Below, one piece after another: positions 1 to 15,106 of a stretch of DNA of 64,000 nucleotides (the stretch's first letter is position 1; the number at the start of each line of letters is the position of its first letter). Source of the stretch: Octopus sinensis (Eukaryota); NCBI RefSeq assembly GCF_006345805.1, contig NC_043011.1, positions 59,346,464 through 59,410,463 on the forward strand, read 5' to 3'. The notes beneath the pieces were generated by a model that had not been told where the DNA came from, did not search any database, and worked only from the letters and a program-made list of their open reading frames with translations. The translations under genes were made by a program, and so were the position numbers.

Positions 1-643
1 CGAGTTGGTTGAATCGATTGAGCGTCGCACAAAATGCCTCACCTCGGAATTGATGACCTCGAGCTAGAATTTGGAACCCTTTATTATTTATTCTTTTAAG
101 GCAACCAACTGACAGACCCGACTGATCGTCGAAGAAATTATCTTTCGCTATTTCTTATGTCACTGATCAGCTTTTACGTTCGATTCCCGCCATAACCAAC
201 TTCAACATTCATGTTCTCGGATTCGATAAATTAAAATACCAATCAAATATGCTCGATGATATTGATTTATCCCAGGCCCTTAAGATTACTTTCCTAGTCC
301 CTAAATTTAGAAGCCATCATTAATATATCTTATTGTTTTGTTTATCCCATTCTTTTACCTTCAATTACTTCCTCACCGTTTCTTGTTTTCTTTTGCACTT
401 TGCAATCTTCAACGGCCTCAACATCTTTCTTCCTTCGAGTTGGCAGAATCATTAACGTTTCAGGCAAACCGGTTAGCAGACCTTTTTTTTTCTGAAGTTT
501 TATGTACTGAGTACGAATTCCGCTGAGGTCGACTCCATCTTTTATTTTGTCCATGACCGATAAAATAAGTACCAGTGCAACACTAGGGTCGACTACCCAG
601 CTTCCACCAAAACTCAAGTGTTATTCTTCTTCTTACAATTTGT

Positions 644-835
644 TTGCGAGCTGGTAGGATCGTTAGCACGCATTTCGTCCATCTTTACGTTCTCACTTCA
701 AATTCCGCCGAGGTTGGCTTTCTGTTCCATCCTTTCGGGGTCGAGTTGAGTCCTGGGGTCGACGTAATGCACTTCTCCTCTTCCTCGGAGTTGCTGGCCT
801 TGTGCCAAAATTTGAAACCATTATTGTTGGTAATT
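644..835 (+). mobile_element. Decayed tRNA-derived SINE, family 3 (Nin/Deu-like central domain)
   Basis: Head gcgagctggtaggatcgttagc, then aaattccgccgaggttggctt...catcctttcggggtcg and tail ggccttgtgccaaaatttgaaacc, matching the better-preserved copies at 11569, 20644 and 30853. Confidence 0.75.
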
Positions 836-837
836 TT

Positions 838-869
838 AGTAGTACGACTACTACTACTACTACTAGTAT

Positions 870-901
<32 letters not shown>

Positions 902-966
902 ATAGTAGTAGTAGTAGTTGTTGTTTTTTTTTGTTGTTACTGTTGTTGTTGCTGCTGCTGTTGCTG
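838..966. repeat. Compound trinucleotide microsatellite (TAC/TAG then TTG/CTG) after the SINE tail
   Basis: Seen directly. Confidence 0.95.
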
Positions 967-3419
967 CAACTGTATCGTTCTCGATAATTTTGTCTGCTCT
1001 GATTGTTATTGTTCTCACTGTTGAACGCGATCAGATATCAGTAACAAAGTCTGCTGTAAGGAATGGAATAATGTTTCGTTCTCTTGGTTGCTGCTGTTGT
1101 TGTTTTGTCTATGTTTTCTTTTATTTTATTTTTATTTCTTACAAAATTCTTTCTTATTTCTATTATGAGGCTTTGAAAGTTTTTAAATGTCCACCTTGTT
1201 TACCTTGAGGCGGAAAACAAACTATTGCGTTTCGACATTTTTGAATTCGGTATTCTGCAAACTTTTGGCTTCCTCATAACGGTAAGAGGTGCAAAGCACA
1301 AAGAGAGTTGCAGCATAAATGCACCTAGGTAAAACGAAAATAAAAACCAACTTCTGGAGAAAATATTGAAGCAAGTTTAATAAAAGTTTAGTGAAATACT
1401 AACATGGCTACTATCAAATCAGTAGAGTGTCTAGCGCAGCTTCTTTTGAGGAGTGGACATCATGAGCGTATACATCGTCAGTGAGGCCGCATGAGACATG
1501 CCTCATCATCAGGTGAGCCGCAATACTAAAAACATTCGGACTAATTTTTCCACTGGCCTGCCATTGAGAAAGTTCCACGGGTCGTCCTGTGCTCATAACT
1601 GGTTCAGGATAAGCAAATTTGGTTTAGGTATTTGGTGAAAGCAGCAAAACGGCTCATAGAAAGATGAACCTACGATAATATTTTTCCATAATACACACAC
1701 TCAAAACGTACACCACCCACGTGACTCATTAAGAACTTAATAAATTAATGGCTGTGCGCTTAAAGAGTAAACGTAACGTTCTGCCGTACGAATATGTCAG
1801 TTTCGGTTCTCGTTAACTTCGATTTGCTTTCATAACGACACCAACACACACATTGCTAATATACATAAAAATTACTGCCTCACTAAAACTGGCTTTTATG
1901 TATTTGTTGCCTTGATTTATGTGTATACAGTTACGTACTTTTGCTTGAGTGTGCGTGAGTGCATGGATGTATGGCTGTGCGTATGCACGCATATATATGT
2001 AAATGCATGTACACACACACACACACACACACACACAATATACATACATACACACTCACATATATATATGTACGTGCATATTAATGAGGCGGAGGCGTTC
2101 AATCGTGTTAGATTATTTATTGCCGATAAGCTTAAGTTTAGATTTAGCACCACATTAGACATAAATTTAATAAGAGTGTAGCGGATTAGCTATTTTTGCC
2201 AACGTAAGCGGAATAACCTAAATAAAACGCAGAAATTCCTAATTACTACCATTAAAAAAAGTAGGACATACCATCACATGACGACAGCTTATTCGTAGAC
2301 TTTACCTGAGATCATGTAGAAAATTTAAATCAACAAGTTCTACTCTGAGTTACACTGTAAAGAACCTTTAGAAGATCTTTCTTAGAAGTATCCCTCACAT
2401 CTCCACAGATAACGTAATATTTCTCCATCCCATTGCTGCAATGGAATGGTTTATAAAGGATACAAATAAAACGTAAGGGACCATCTTTTGAATATTTAAT
2501 CTTAATACGTTACTGCAGATTCGAGCGAGAATTTGGTAATCGCTGGCGTGTTTCATCGCAGAAAAAAAACGACGTCTTCATTACGAAGGAGGTGCATTAA
2601 TATCGCACTTAATTCATTAGCGCAAAGGACTCCAGGACATCCGGTGTTTAGAAATCATTGCTTCTTGTCGGCCAGAGGTACCCTGGATTAGTGAATCTAA
2701 CAAGTATCAAAGCTTTTGTTTGTGACTTCAACAAACTCTTTGCAGAATATCATTGGAGGTACTTGTTGCTTACAAATACCTCAAGCTTCTTAATATATGC
2801 AAGAACCCCGAAACGAATTTAATAAATACTTATCCCTCCCAAAAATTATCAACCTAGGGATCTGGGGAAGAAAACTGCAACTGCCTACACACAAAATTAT
2901 GCCACTTGGGCTATAGATAGTCAGTTGAATAACTGCACTCCTAAGTTACAAAATGAACCCCGGTAAGTAAATAACTTCTTAGGTCATAAATGTGAATGGA
3001 TGTGGATGGTTTCAAGAGACAGTTCTTAAACTGTCCGTTTACCACTTGACATTGAGACAAAAGAACCCGCACTACATCGTCGAGTTGCATATAGTGTTGG
3101 AAAGATCACGACATCACCAATATTAATTTGAATTGTTCTGTAGTAACGATTTAACGTCTTTCACTCAAAGCCCCCTTGTCTTCTGAAATGAAGACGTGTT
3201 GCGTTAGAAAGGGCTGAGCAGCTTCTTCTCATGGGGAAGCTGAGACTCTGTTTAAAGTATCGAAAGACGAATCCGATGTGTAGAAAACACACGAAGGTGG
3301 CAAGCGTTTCTAACTTAACGGAACACTAATAACAACAACAACAACAACAACAACAATAATAATAATAATAAATAATAATAATAATAAAATAATAATAATA
3401 ATAATAATAGAAAATATGT

Positions 3420-3810
3420 AGGAGTGGCTGTGTGGTAAGTAGCTTGTTTACCAACCACATGGTTCCGGGTTCAGTCCCACTGCGTGGCACCATGAGCAAG
3501 TGTCTTCTACTATAGCCTCGGGCCGACCAAAGCCTTGTGAGTGGATTGGGTAGACGGAAACTGAAAAGTAGCCCGTCATATATATATATATGCGTGTGTG
3601 TCTGTGTTTGTCCCACTAGCATTGCTTGACAACCGATGCTGGTGTGATTATGTCCCCGTTACCTAGCGGTTCGGCAAAAGAGACCGATAGAATAAGTACT
3701 GGTCTTACAAAAGAATAAGTCCCGGGGTCGAGTTGGTCGATTAAAGGCGGTGCTCCAGCATTGGCCGCAGTCAAATGACTGAAACAAGTAAAAGAGTAAA
3801 GAGTAAGAGT
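3420..3810 (+). mobile_element. tRNA-derived SINE, family 2 (CORE-like segment, internal TA/TG tract)
   Basis: Head aggagtggctgtgtggtaag with a gttcagtccc B-box-like motif, then gagcaagtgtcttctactatagcc, a central (TA)(TG) tract and a gactgaaacaagtaaaagag tail. Homologues at 22720, 36920, 38318, 61590 and 63521. Confidence 0.9.
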
Positions 3811-4619
3811 ATGTAATTTGGGCAACCGTGAAAATATCCCAGAATGTTTTTGAGGCATTATTGCACGGATGATGTTTTCAGTAGTTGCCCCTACGAAGCT
3901 CATAAGAAGGATTTGAGATGCATATTATAGGTCAATGCCTCCCCATTTTCGTCATACACTGTACAGCACTTTATACGCTTTGCTCACATTTAGTTGAACT
4001 GTTGCATTGACTTTTATGACAGAATGAGAAATGAAGTAACGTGACACTCGTTAAAACAGATCTGCTGCACCTTTCACGCCTTCTACATTGAATAGGATTA
4101 AACCGTTCCGAGAAATAAGATTATTTTTTTATTTCTTACTCAAGTTCCACACGTATATCTTTGATGTGGTGCATTTTATGGTAACGGAAATTTGCCGGAT
4201 TACTTTTCACAGTAAGAGGATTATTTAGTTCTCTAAGATGGAGTCCTACTCTATTCCAGAATATTTAATTCTTCACCAGTTCCGTTTCTTCAGTTTCCGA
4301 GAATAAGTTAGTAATATGATTTAAATTTAAAATGTTTCCCATAAAATAAATAGTTAATTTCTTTTTGATGATCTGGAGTTCCCATAAATAAAGCATCGAT
4401 GCTATTTATTTCAGAGTCGGTGATACAACAACGAATGACCTTCATGCATTTCGCAAGTGTGTTATTAGAGTAAGTTAAATAACTTCGTGTAGATCTCTTG
4501 GCGAGATTGCAGGATCCGTTCACCGGAACCATATCAACTACGTCTAGCATGCTGGTCAGTCAGATGTTTAATTACAAACACATATGCCAGCTGCATCACA
4601 TCTATTGATTTCAGTTTTG

Positions 4620-4930
4620 GAGATATATTGAAGTTTGAGCTTCATGGATTTCTCTAGAGTCTCCGCAAAGAAAGTTAGATAACTTCGAAAAGAATTTTAG
4701 CCTAGATTGTTGGCACATTCACCAGGAACTTCCTAGCCACGCCAAGCATGGCCAGCTCGTTAATTACAAACGCGCACCAGAAGGCTTCATTTCCGCGCCA
4801 TTCGAATATTTTCTTTCGATCTAACTTTTTATTTTTCACTTTGCTTCTTCATTTAGAAGACAGTTGTTTTATCTTACACAACGATCCATTTTCGTGTGTA
4901 TCGAGAATCGCACATTTCTTGCAATGTTGA
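4620..4930 (-). pseudogene. Possible decayed hAT (Charlie/ZBED-like) transposase C-terminal dimerisation region
   Basis: Minus frame reads FEWRGNEAFWCAFVINELAMLGVARKFLVNVPTI*, resembling FW...P.L...A...L...PTTY. Interrupted by stops. Confidence 0.35.
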
Positions 4931-5195
4931 CGAAATATATTGATTGTAAGAAGGAGTAAAGCTGTTTCAATTCAAGCAAAATTCTTACCTTCCTATACAT
5001 CGGGTAATTGGATTAATACGACTCGAAAAGTGTAGTGGCGTAGCTGTTATCGCCGTTGACAAAATTCCTTGTGTTATTTTGCTCCAGTCTGTAACACCAG
5101 CTTCCAATCTTACCATTTCTATAAATTTTACCAATGTCGACTTTGCCGTTTATCCTTCCAGAGTTGATAAATTAACGTTCCAGTAAATTAGTGAG

Positions 5196-5523
5196 TGAGG
5201 GCGCGTGGCTTAGTGGTTAGGGCATTCGGCTCATGATCGTAAGGTTGTGAGTTCGATTCCCGACGACGCGTTGTGTCCTTGAGCAAGACACTTTATTTCA
5301 CGTTGCTCCAGTCCACTCAGCTGGCAAAAATGAGTTGTACTTGTATTTCAAAGGGCCAGCCTTGTCACTCTCTGTGTCACGCTGATTATCCCCGAGAACT
5401 ACGTTAAGGGTACACGTGTCTGTGGAATGCTCAGCCATTTGCACGTTAATTTCACGAGCAAGCTGTTCCGTTGATCGTATCAGCTGGGACCCTCGTCGTC
5501 GTAACCGGCGGAGTCTTTAGAAC
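5196..5523 (+). mobile_element. Young tRNA-derived CORE-type SINE, family 1, copy A
   Basis: A box tggcttagtgg, B box gttcgattccc, CORE-like tccttgagcaagacacttt. 8-bp TSD ttagtgag at 5188-5195 and 5524-5531. Inserted into a decayed family-3 SINE. Confidence 0.95.
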
Positions 5524-6605
5524 TTAGTGAGATCGATTTAATCATTTCCATTTCCACTGTAACCCCGCCCCAAAGCATTTTTGCTGTTGTGCTAGCGGGA
5601 TAAATAAATAATCTTAAGGCTTTGAGCTTGCAGAATTATTGCAGACTCGGAGAAAATTCCACATGATATGTAATTACGGTCAACGACATTCGGATTTCGT
5701 TTCACACCGTGGCCAACTTTGTGGTTTATTCTTTCTCGACGGATGAAATAATACTCCAATCAAGTCTGGGGATGGGTGAAATTGCTGCTCCCTCCCTCTC
5801 TCTCTCTCTCTCTCTCTTGAATTTTCTCTCTTTCCCTCTCTTTCATTTCCTCTCACTTTCTCTTACATCCTTCTCACTTTCCCCCTCTCTGTCTAGCTGA
5901 TCATTCTCGAGTTATTTGTTTTTTCAAACGATGATGCCAAACAGCTCCAGATTTGAATAAAACAAGGCCATTGAACTACGAGCTAAATAACTAATCATGA
6001 AAAAAAAACATATTGCTAAAGAAACTGTCGAAAGAAACCGAAGTAAACATTTGTATTAGGTATCACGGTCATCAAAAAGTCTCAGTGCGGCGGGCAGCCC
6101 TGGCCTCGCTCAGGAAGAGCTGAAATCGATTTAATAAGTAAAACCCTACCCAGTTCTTGCGAGTTGTGGCATTGTAGCAGTGTTAGAAATCAATATTCTT
6201 TCTGTTGTTCTATTCTGCTGAGATGGGATTTTCGTCCTTTGTTCTCTGATTTTTACATCGGATTTAATTTTTTGGTTCAATTACTAATTTGTGTTATTGA
6301 AACGAAGGATTCAATGATGTGAATTAAATTGGCTTTAACATTGCTTTGACTACGTATGTTTGTTTAGATACTTGGAACATCGAGTTCAAAGCATCTGACA
6401 ACGTAAAAGACGTTTCACATTCTGAATAAAACTATACAGTTTGGGATTAACTATAAAAATACTTGCACAAAGTTCTTTGCTAAGTTTCTAATTCGACTTT
6501 ATATTCTGACTGTTGCAACGATGGCATAAAATAACGGTTTTTTTGCAGATTTAAACTGAGATATTTTCGGCTTCTACCTATTTAGGTTGAATATATATAT
6601 ATATA

Positions 6606-6730
6606 TGGCCTTCTCGCTTAGCCAGCGGGGTGGCGTCATTTGAAGGCTAAAACAATGCGAAGCGCATTGTGACCAGCGATGTGTAGCAACATCTGATAGC
6701 CTGGTCGGTCACGGTGATCACGGTGATATA
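6606..6730. mobile_element. Short GC-richer repeat module inserted in a (TA)n tract
   Basis: ggccttctcgc...ggtcacggtgatcacggtga is flanked on both sides by (TA)n and ends in a tandem cacggtgat. Family not identified. Confidence 0.5.
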
Positions 6731-6847
6731 TATATATACACACACACACATACACACATATATATATAATTAATTAATAACGTGCAAGTAGTTCTATGAG
6801 GGATGTCTCTTATGTGTTTAAATGTACATTGTATTTATATACATATA

Positions 6848-6879
<32 letters not shown>

Positions 6880-7219
6880 TGTGTGGGTGAGTGAATGTAT
6901 ATATATGTTTATATATATATACAGATATATAACGTGAACCTATATATATGTGTGTATGTATGTATGTTTATAGGTATCTATGTATATATGAATGTGCGTT
7001 TGTATGTATATGCCTCTATCCCCGTGTTTATGTATTACTGTAACTAAAGTAATTTAGTTTCTGTTCGCAGCTCTGTTTCTTTAACGGCTGTACACAGCCA
7101 ACGTCACATCACTTCCTTGCAAAATATGTCACCATGTCTGCTTCTCAGAAGAGAACAAGCTACGCAGGAGTTGTCATGCAACATATTATTAGCGTTCGCT
7201 TTATTAGTATTACTCTCGG

Positions 7220-7490
7220 TATTCTTCATCAAGTTGAAACAAACACCAACCTCCCTTAACCATAACTTAATAAGTTGGGAAGCTTACTGCCTAGATCAGT
7301 CTGAGTGGCGTGAAATGTGTCAAGATGAAGCTAAACAATTTGAGTTAGAGGAACAAAACAATACAAGAAACATCTCCTGTAATCAACAGACACATTTGCC
7401 CAATCCCAGTCGAAATCATCGTTGTCTCCATTGTGAATTCATAGCAATTTCCATACCTGGACTCAAATTATATTCACATAGATACTGTTC
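7220..7490 (+). mobile_element. 3' end of an RTE-clade LINE ORF2 (decayed)
   Basis: Peptide ISWEAYCLDQSEWREMCQDEAKQFE...HRCLHCEFIAISIPGLKLYSHR matches the RTE C-terminal WE..A.DR..WR motif plus a CxxC...GL.SH zinc knuckle. Confidence 0.75.
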
Positions 7491-8426
7491 ACCTTTTTTA
7501 ATCCTCTTTCAAGTTTTTCACTTTTATTGTTTATTTTTTAATGTTTTCTTTCAAACACCCATAAGTCGAAATCAAACGAAGGTGGTCATCATACTTCTTT
7601 GTGTTCTGAGCACAAAGTCGGGCGTGGTGAACTTTGCTGCTTATTCTTACGGAGTCGATAAAGTATAGCAGCAGTCAAGTACTGCAGGTAAAGTAATCGA
7701 CTACACCCACCCATTCCCCACCAAAAGTTGTAGGTGTTGTGTCAAAATTTGAAACAATTATTATGACAATTACTATTTTTTAAATCTCACAACGTGTGTT
7801 ATTCATTAACAGTACTTTGTAGTAAAGTTTGCCAACATAACATGGCAGTCCTGGTTTAGGACGAATGTTGCTGTAATTTAGCCCCAGGAGACATCGTTTC
7901 CAGCTGGCTATACGACACAATCTGTGTCCTTATATTTTCGAACAAGGGAATCTAGCACCCCCACTCAGCTCAAAACAATATCTGTGTATCACTATTTTAT
8001 GGGGCTAAATTACAGCAGCATTCGTCCTAAACCAGGACTGCCATGTTATGCTGGCAAACATTCTTTACTACTGAGATCAATTCCTAAGATATATTTTGAT
8101 GTCTTTCAATGAAAGACGTAAGTTCTCATTTGGCAGTTGCTGCTCTCCGTTTCTTTTCGTCTCTCTCTGTTTGTCTTTCTTTCTTGCTTTCTTTTACTTT
8201 CTTTCTCTCTCTCCCTTTCTCTCTCTCTCTCTACTCAACTCTCTTTCTTTCTCTCTTTTTCTACCTCTCAGCCTTTGTTAGTAAATACTAAAGAAAACGC
8301 TGAACATGACAGGAATGCGCACCAGCCTCCTCAGCAACCGCAATATGACGATTTCCGTCTCCCTAATATCTATATACGTACATACATATACATACATTTA
8401 TATATATAAATGTATGTATATGTATG

Positions 8427-8494
<68 letters not shown>

Positions 8495-9882
8495 TGTTAG
8501 GAAGAACGATTGAACAAGCAAACCATGTGGTATCACCTCAGAGCATGTAATTTATAATTCAATCCTAATTGCAGATTTGCATAAAGTATCTTGCAGCGGT
8601 AAGAGTCTTCACGCATTCCTTCTTAATCCGTTACTTACTATCGCCATTCTGCAATTATGTTTGAGTTACATTATCAGATGATAAAACATGTTTTGCTTGT
8701 TCACTCTTTCTGTCTAATATATATCTAATATATATCTATCCGCCGCGCAATGATGAAACTACTTATAGCCATTCTTTGCTAGGCAGCTAGAACACCACTG
8801 TTGCTTCATTTCGGAGTTTTAGTGCTAAACGAAGCCGAACACCTATCAAATATACATATTAGATTACGTCATTTGACGTAATCTAATCTCTCTGTCACTT
8901 TCTCTTTTCTCTCTCTCTCTCTCTCTCTCTGCATGCAGCTGTCTATCTTTCTATCTTACATAGTTAAACACATATCATTTGTGTTAAATTCCAGCCCCGT
9001 CTTCAGATTTTCCATTTCTATTACTCGCTTTGTCTACAGCCTTCTCCTTTAGCTTTCATTCCACACCTTCTCTCTGTATAATTATTTCTTTCTTTTCTTA
9101 ATAATCTCCACCACCTCCAGTTCTCACTGTCACCAAACAAAACTTCCCCCATTGATCTTATTTTCTAGCTTTTATCAGCCTCCTACTCAATGGAAGCTTC
9201 TGCTCCTTTTGACACTTTACATACGATTGTACATAGGTATATATGAATGTGTATTCTCTGAATCCAGTTCGTTTTAAGAGGCTGCAGCTGCGCAAAAATA
9301 CCCTTCCCTGTATCTGTTGTCAAAGAAATGTGGAAAACCGCATATTCGCATATATATATACACATACATGCACACATGTATACTTACAAAGATACGAACA
9401 TATATACAGACACACACACACGTATATGAAAAAGTACAAAACGCATACACGGAATGTACACGTACCTTCGTAACCTACGCACCCAAGTGCTCATGCGTGT
9501 ATCTATGCATTTCGCAATGGAAGGCATTATGAAATGATATGTACGTGATATATGAAAGCGAGGCTTAAACAAATCATACACTGCGTAAGATTCAACTCAT
9601 TTGACGATAACGTTTCCCGAAAGATACAATTATCATTGTACAGTTGAATAAACCAATGACTTGTGCAATGTTAAAATTGCATGCAGTTTGGTTTGAAATC
9701 ATGAACCATAATGCGGAACCTTGTTAATATATTTTCCCTCTTATATATATACATATGTGTATGTGAGTGTGTGTGTGTGTACAGATATAAATATAATTAT
9801 GTACATGTGTGTGTGCATATATGTATTATATATGCAAAAAATAGACACATACATAGATATACACACACATACATACATAGAA

Positions 9883-9914
<32 letters not shown>

Positions 9915-10408
9915 CGACACACACACACACGCACACAAACACACACACATATACAAACATACATAGAATGTCAAAGAAGAGTGGAGATAGGTTGCTACAT
10001 AAATGGATTTTGTTCAATATACATACTATATACACTGACGTATACAAATATACATGTGTGTGTGTGTGTGTGTGTGTGTTTGTGGTTTAGATTCCAGGAA
10101 CAAACGAATGCGTACGCAGGAGTGAAATATTCTTGTATTTTGTGATACAAAAACATAAAAATCACTCACTGAAGCCTTGTTGTAGAATTAGATATCATGC
10201 AACCTTCTTCAAAGAACAACAATTCACATACACACGTGTATTTGCATATCCTATTTTTAAGTTCGAAAGTATATATGTATAAACTTTTACGTGTGCGCGT
10301 GTGTATCATCGCGTATATTCATGTGAATGTTTGAATAAAGATGGTGAAAAATGTAGGCATGACAATATACACCATATATTCCATAAATACAGCACTATCT
10401 ATATTATG

Positions 10409-10734
10409 TGAGGGCGCGTGGCTTAGTGGTTAGGGCATTCGGCTCATGATCGTAAGGTTGTGAGTTCGATTCCCGGCGACGCGTTGTGTCCTTGAGCAAG
10501 ACACTTTATTTCACGTTGCTCCAGTCCACTCAGCTGGCAAAAATGAGGTGTACTTGTATTTCAAAGGGTCAGCCTTGTCACTCTCTGTGTCACGCTGATT
10601 ATCCCCGAGAACTACGTTAAGGGTACACGTGTCTGTGGAATGCTCAGCCATTTGCACGTTAATTTCACGAGCAAGCTGTTCCGTTGATCGTATCAGCTGG
10701 GACCCTCGTCGTCGTAACCGGCGGAGTCTTTTAA
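10409..10734 (+). mobile_element. Young tRNA-derived CORE-type SINE, family 1, copy B
   Basis: I count about 3 internal substitutions relative to copy A. 12-bp TSD atctatattatg at 10397-10408 and 10735-10746. Confidence 0.95.
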
Positions 10735-10779
10735 ATCTATATTATGGATTTATCCTGATGAACGGGTATGGCACTATAT

Positions 10780-12595
10780 GTATGTTATTATTCAGCTTTA
10801 TTTCAAGATTTCTTGCAAATAGACAAAGAGCCGGTTTCTAACCTGCATCCAACGTTCTTTCATTAGAATTTCAACATCAATAGGTTATTTGTGCATGTTT
10901 GTATGTATGTGTGCAGTATTTGGAGTGAGTGTATGTGCAGATTTGTATGCTTTGGTATATGCATGTATATATTTTCATGCATATAGTTGCATGTCTAGAC
11001 ATGTGCATATATACTTAAATGCTAAACTTCTGGAAAGCTTTACAAATCTTTACAGTTCCATTGATGGTTTGAATCTATAATATTCGAATTAGCTCCTTTC
11101 TGATTTTGAGGAATCTAGTTTCATAATATAGGCACTTAGACAGTTTGTTACATAGCCCAGGGTCCCAATAATTACAGGTATAAACTTTCAACTTGTAATC
11201 TGAGTAGAGCAACTGTAATTTCTCAATAGTTCAGTGCAGATGTTTTCTTTTCCACTACCTTTATGTTGACATCCCCTGAGCTGCTGATTTCCACTACTAT
11301 ACACAGTTTCACATCTTTGTCCCAAAATCCCAATGTCTGGTCTATTATGTTTGCCTTTTATTGAGATTTTCGCTGGGATATTACGCCAGTACTCTTTTCT
11401 CATATTATGAGTGGTTATGACTCTATCATACTGTGGGTTCTTATCTCTTTGCCTCGGGATTATCTTTCCGACAGATCTCATTGTATTGTGACTTGGCTAC
11501 AACATACTAACGCATCAGTAGTTAATACAGCGATAACAACTGCTTATGGTTTAGGATATATCCACAAAAGGCGGCGAGCTGGCAGAAACGTTAGCGCGCC
11601 GGACGAAATGCTTAGCGGTATTTCGTCTGTCGTTACGTTCTGAGTTCAAATTCCGCCGAGGTCGACTTTGCCTTTCATCCTTTCAGGGTCGATAAATAAT
11701 GTACAAGTTTCGCACTTGGGTCGATGTAATCGACTTTATCCCGTTGTCTGTCCTTCTTTGTCCCCTCTACGTTTAGCCCCTTGCGGGCAGTAAAGAAATA
11801 TATATCCACAAAATCACATGCATAAATGCATACATGTACACATCCAAATATATATACATGTACGAATGTCTGATCTTTTAGACATATATACATGTATGTT
11901 TACCAACAACTCTGTCCCTCTTGTAGAGCAGGATTTTGGTGGATATTTCCTGTTCCTGAATAGCAAATGTGTAACCTTCAAATTGAGAGTTAGAAATCCG
12001 GTTGTTGGTCTCTGGAAGACTGCTTTGATTATCAATGTTACTATCATCACGGAGCTTTCTCCTGACATATTCATGCATGGTCTCCTGCTGACATACGCCC
12101 ATCATTTCATCTGATGATGCGTTGTGTGAGAGCGGTGCAACTTCTTCATGGTATCTACTCAAAAACTATCATTCAACAAGTGTTGCTTGAGCGGTACTTT
12201 CTGTGTCTCATGAAATTGTCTGCCACGTGAACGCAAATTTTGTCGAGGAATGCGCTTCGAAGTTTAGAAGTTAAAAGCTGTTGCAGAAGGGATATGGTAT
12301 GACATTGGTAGGTAGTCTCGATAGACATTAATACTCTGTCCCCTTGTTTTCGTTTGCGGAAGAAGCTGTCTACTCGTTGCTGATGTGGAAATTACTAGTG
12401 TCGGGCTGTATCTTCCTGGTTTTCACATTGATAGCTGGGATCTCATCAGGCATCCAATCATGTAGCACAAGCGTTCGTATGAGTACCGCTGTTGCAAACA
12501 TATTGTGGGCAACTGTTTTATTGAATGCAGAGAGTTCCGAGTTCCAGATTTCCCACATCTGGTTGTAATATTGTTTAGTGTCACGTGCCTTGTTA
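10780..12595 (-). mobile_element. 5'-truncated, decayed R4/Dong-type non-LTR retrotransposon (RT thumb, REL nuclease, 3' UTR)
   Basis: Minus-strand peptides IWNSELSAFNKTVAHNMFATAVL...INVKTRK, EGYTFAIQEQEISTK and KHNRPDIGI. The 3' end reads gaaataaagctgaataataac. Interrupted by the SINE at 11569. Confidence 0.8.
11569..11799 (+). mobile_element. SINE family 3 with alternative tail X (tttagccccttg...aaagaaata)
   Basis: Head ggcggcgagctggcagaaacg, B box gttcaaattcc, Nin-like gcctttcatcctttcagggtcgataaa. 13-bp TSD atatatccacaaa at 11556-11568 and 11800-11812. Confidence 0.92.
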
Positions 12596-12899
12596 TAGGT
12601 ACCGTCGTGTATGCGCGCGCGCATGTATATGTATATATTTGTAGATATATAGACAAACAGATATATATATAGGCAGACAGATAGATACATAAGTTTAGAG
12701 CCAGACGGGCACGCGAACAAACGGACCGACGGACTGACATAGATACATGCATAAACAGTTGATGGATAGATAGGTAGAGAGATAGAGAAAGAAAGAGAGA
12801 GACAGACACACAGACAAGCAGACAGACACACAGACAGACACACTACACACACACACACGCCCGCACAAACACACACACACTGAATGACGGATAGCTAGA

Positions 12900-12902
12900 G
12901 AC

Positions 12903-12966
<64 letters not shown>

Positions 12967-13019
12967 GTAGGTAGGTAGGTAGGTAGGTAGGTAGATAGAT
13001 AGATAGGTAGATAGATAGG

Positions 13020-13115
<96 letters not shown>
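12900..13115. repeat. (GATA)n with internal (GGTA)n blocks
   Basis: Seen directly. Confidence 0.97.
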
Positions 13116-13778
13116 CAGAGGCATAGGCAGAGATATAGGTGAGTAGATAAATTGACGATATTATCACAATTCTCGAAGGTTGTCACGTGGTGTTGACGTG
13201 AATTATAATAGATTGCCCATTGATTGACTCTTGAAATCTTCAGAAAATGAGAATATCACGTACATTTTGACAATACTTCGCCATGATTGATTTGTCCAAA
13301 AACACAAAACGAAATTGTTCGCTTCTGTTCAAACAAGTCAGCGATCTGAATTGCTGATATTCTCCATGGCCAGGGAGAACGCTATGTCTGCAGCGGAATC
13401 TTTACACGATCTTTCTAACAGCTGTCAACCTCAACCATTTCTGCTCGTTTCAGTATTGACGCTTTGGAGGTAACAAATTGTGAAGCAGATTAAATTTTAA
13501 ATTTTTCGTCTTGTTGTTGGTTTTTTTGTTTTTGTTTTTTGGGGTTTTTTTTTTGTCTGGCCATGGCTTTGGTTATTAAAAGTAAATGAAAGAAAAAAGA
13601 TTTTCTTCACTTTTTCAGAAAAAGATTGTCCACTTATTTAGCCATTCTCTTCAAACATTTATCTAATTTCTAACACATATGTGTATGTGCGTGCGCTCGT
13701 TTGTGTGTGTGTATATGCATGTGTGTATATGTATGTATATATATATATGTATGTGTGTATATATATATATGTGTGTGT

Positions 13779-15106
<1,328 letters not shown>

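Noticed and set aside
4415-4469. Plus-strand 55-bp exon candidate (tttcag| ... |gtaagt)
   Set aside because: Two frames are open, the link to neighbouring candidates is unsupported, and it lies beside a probable hAT relic.
5196-5265. tRNA genes at SINE heads (also 10409, 31787, 32360, 36480)
   Set aside because: A and B boxes are present but there is no complete acceptor stem, and each runs into a SINE body. Three have TSDs around the whole element.
7117-7668. 183-aa ORF as a host gene
   Set aside because: Its informative part is an RTE C-terminal remnant. The start is TTG and the flanks are low-complexity or SINE sequence.
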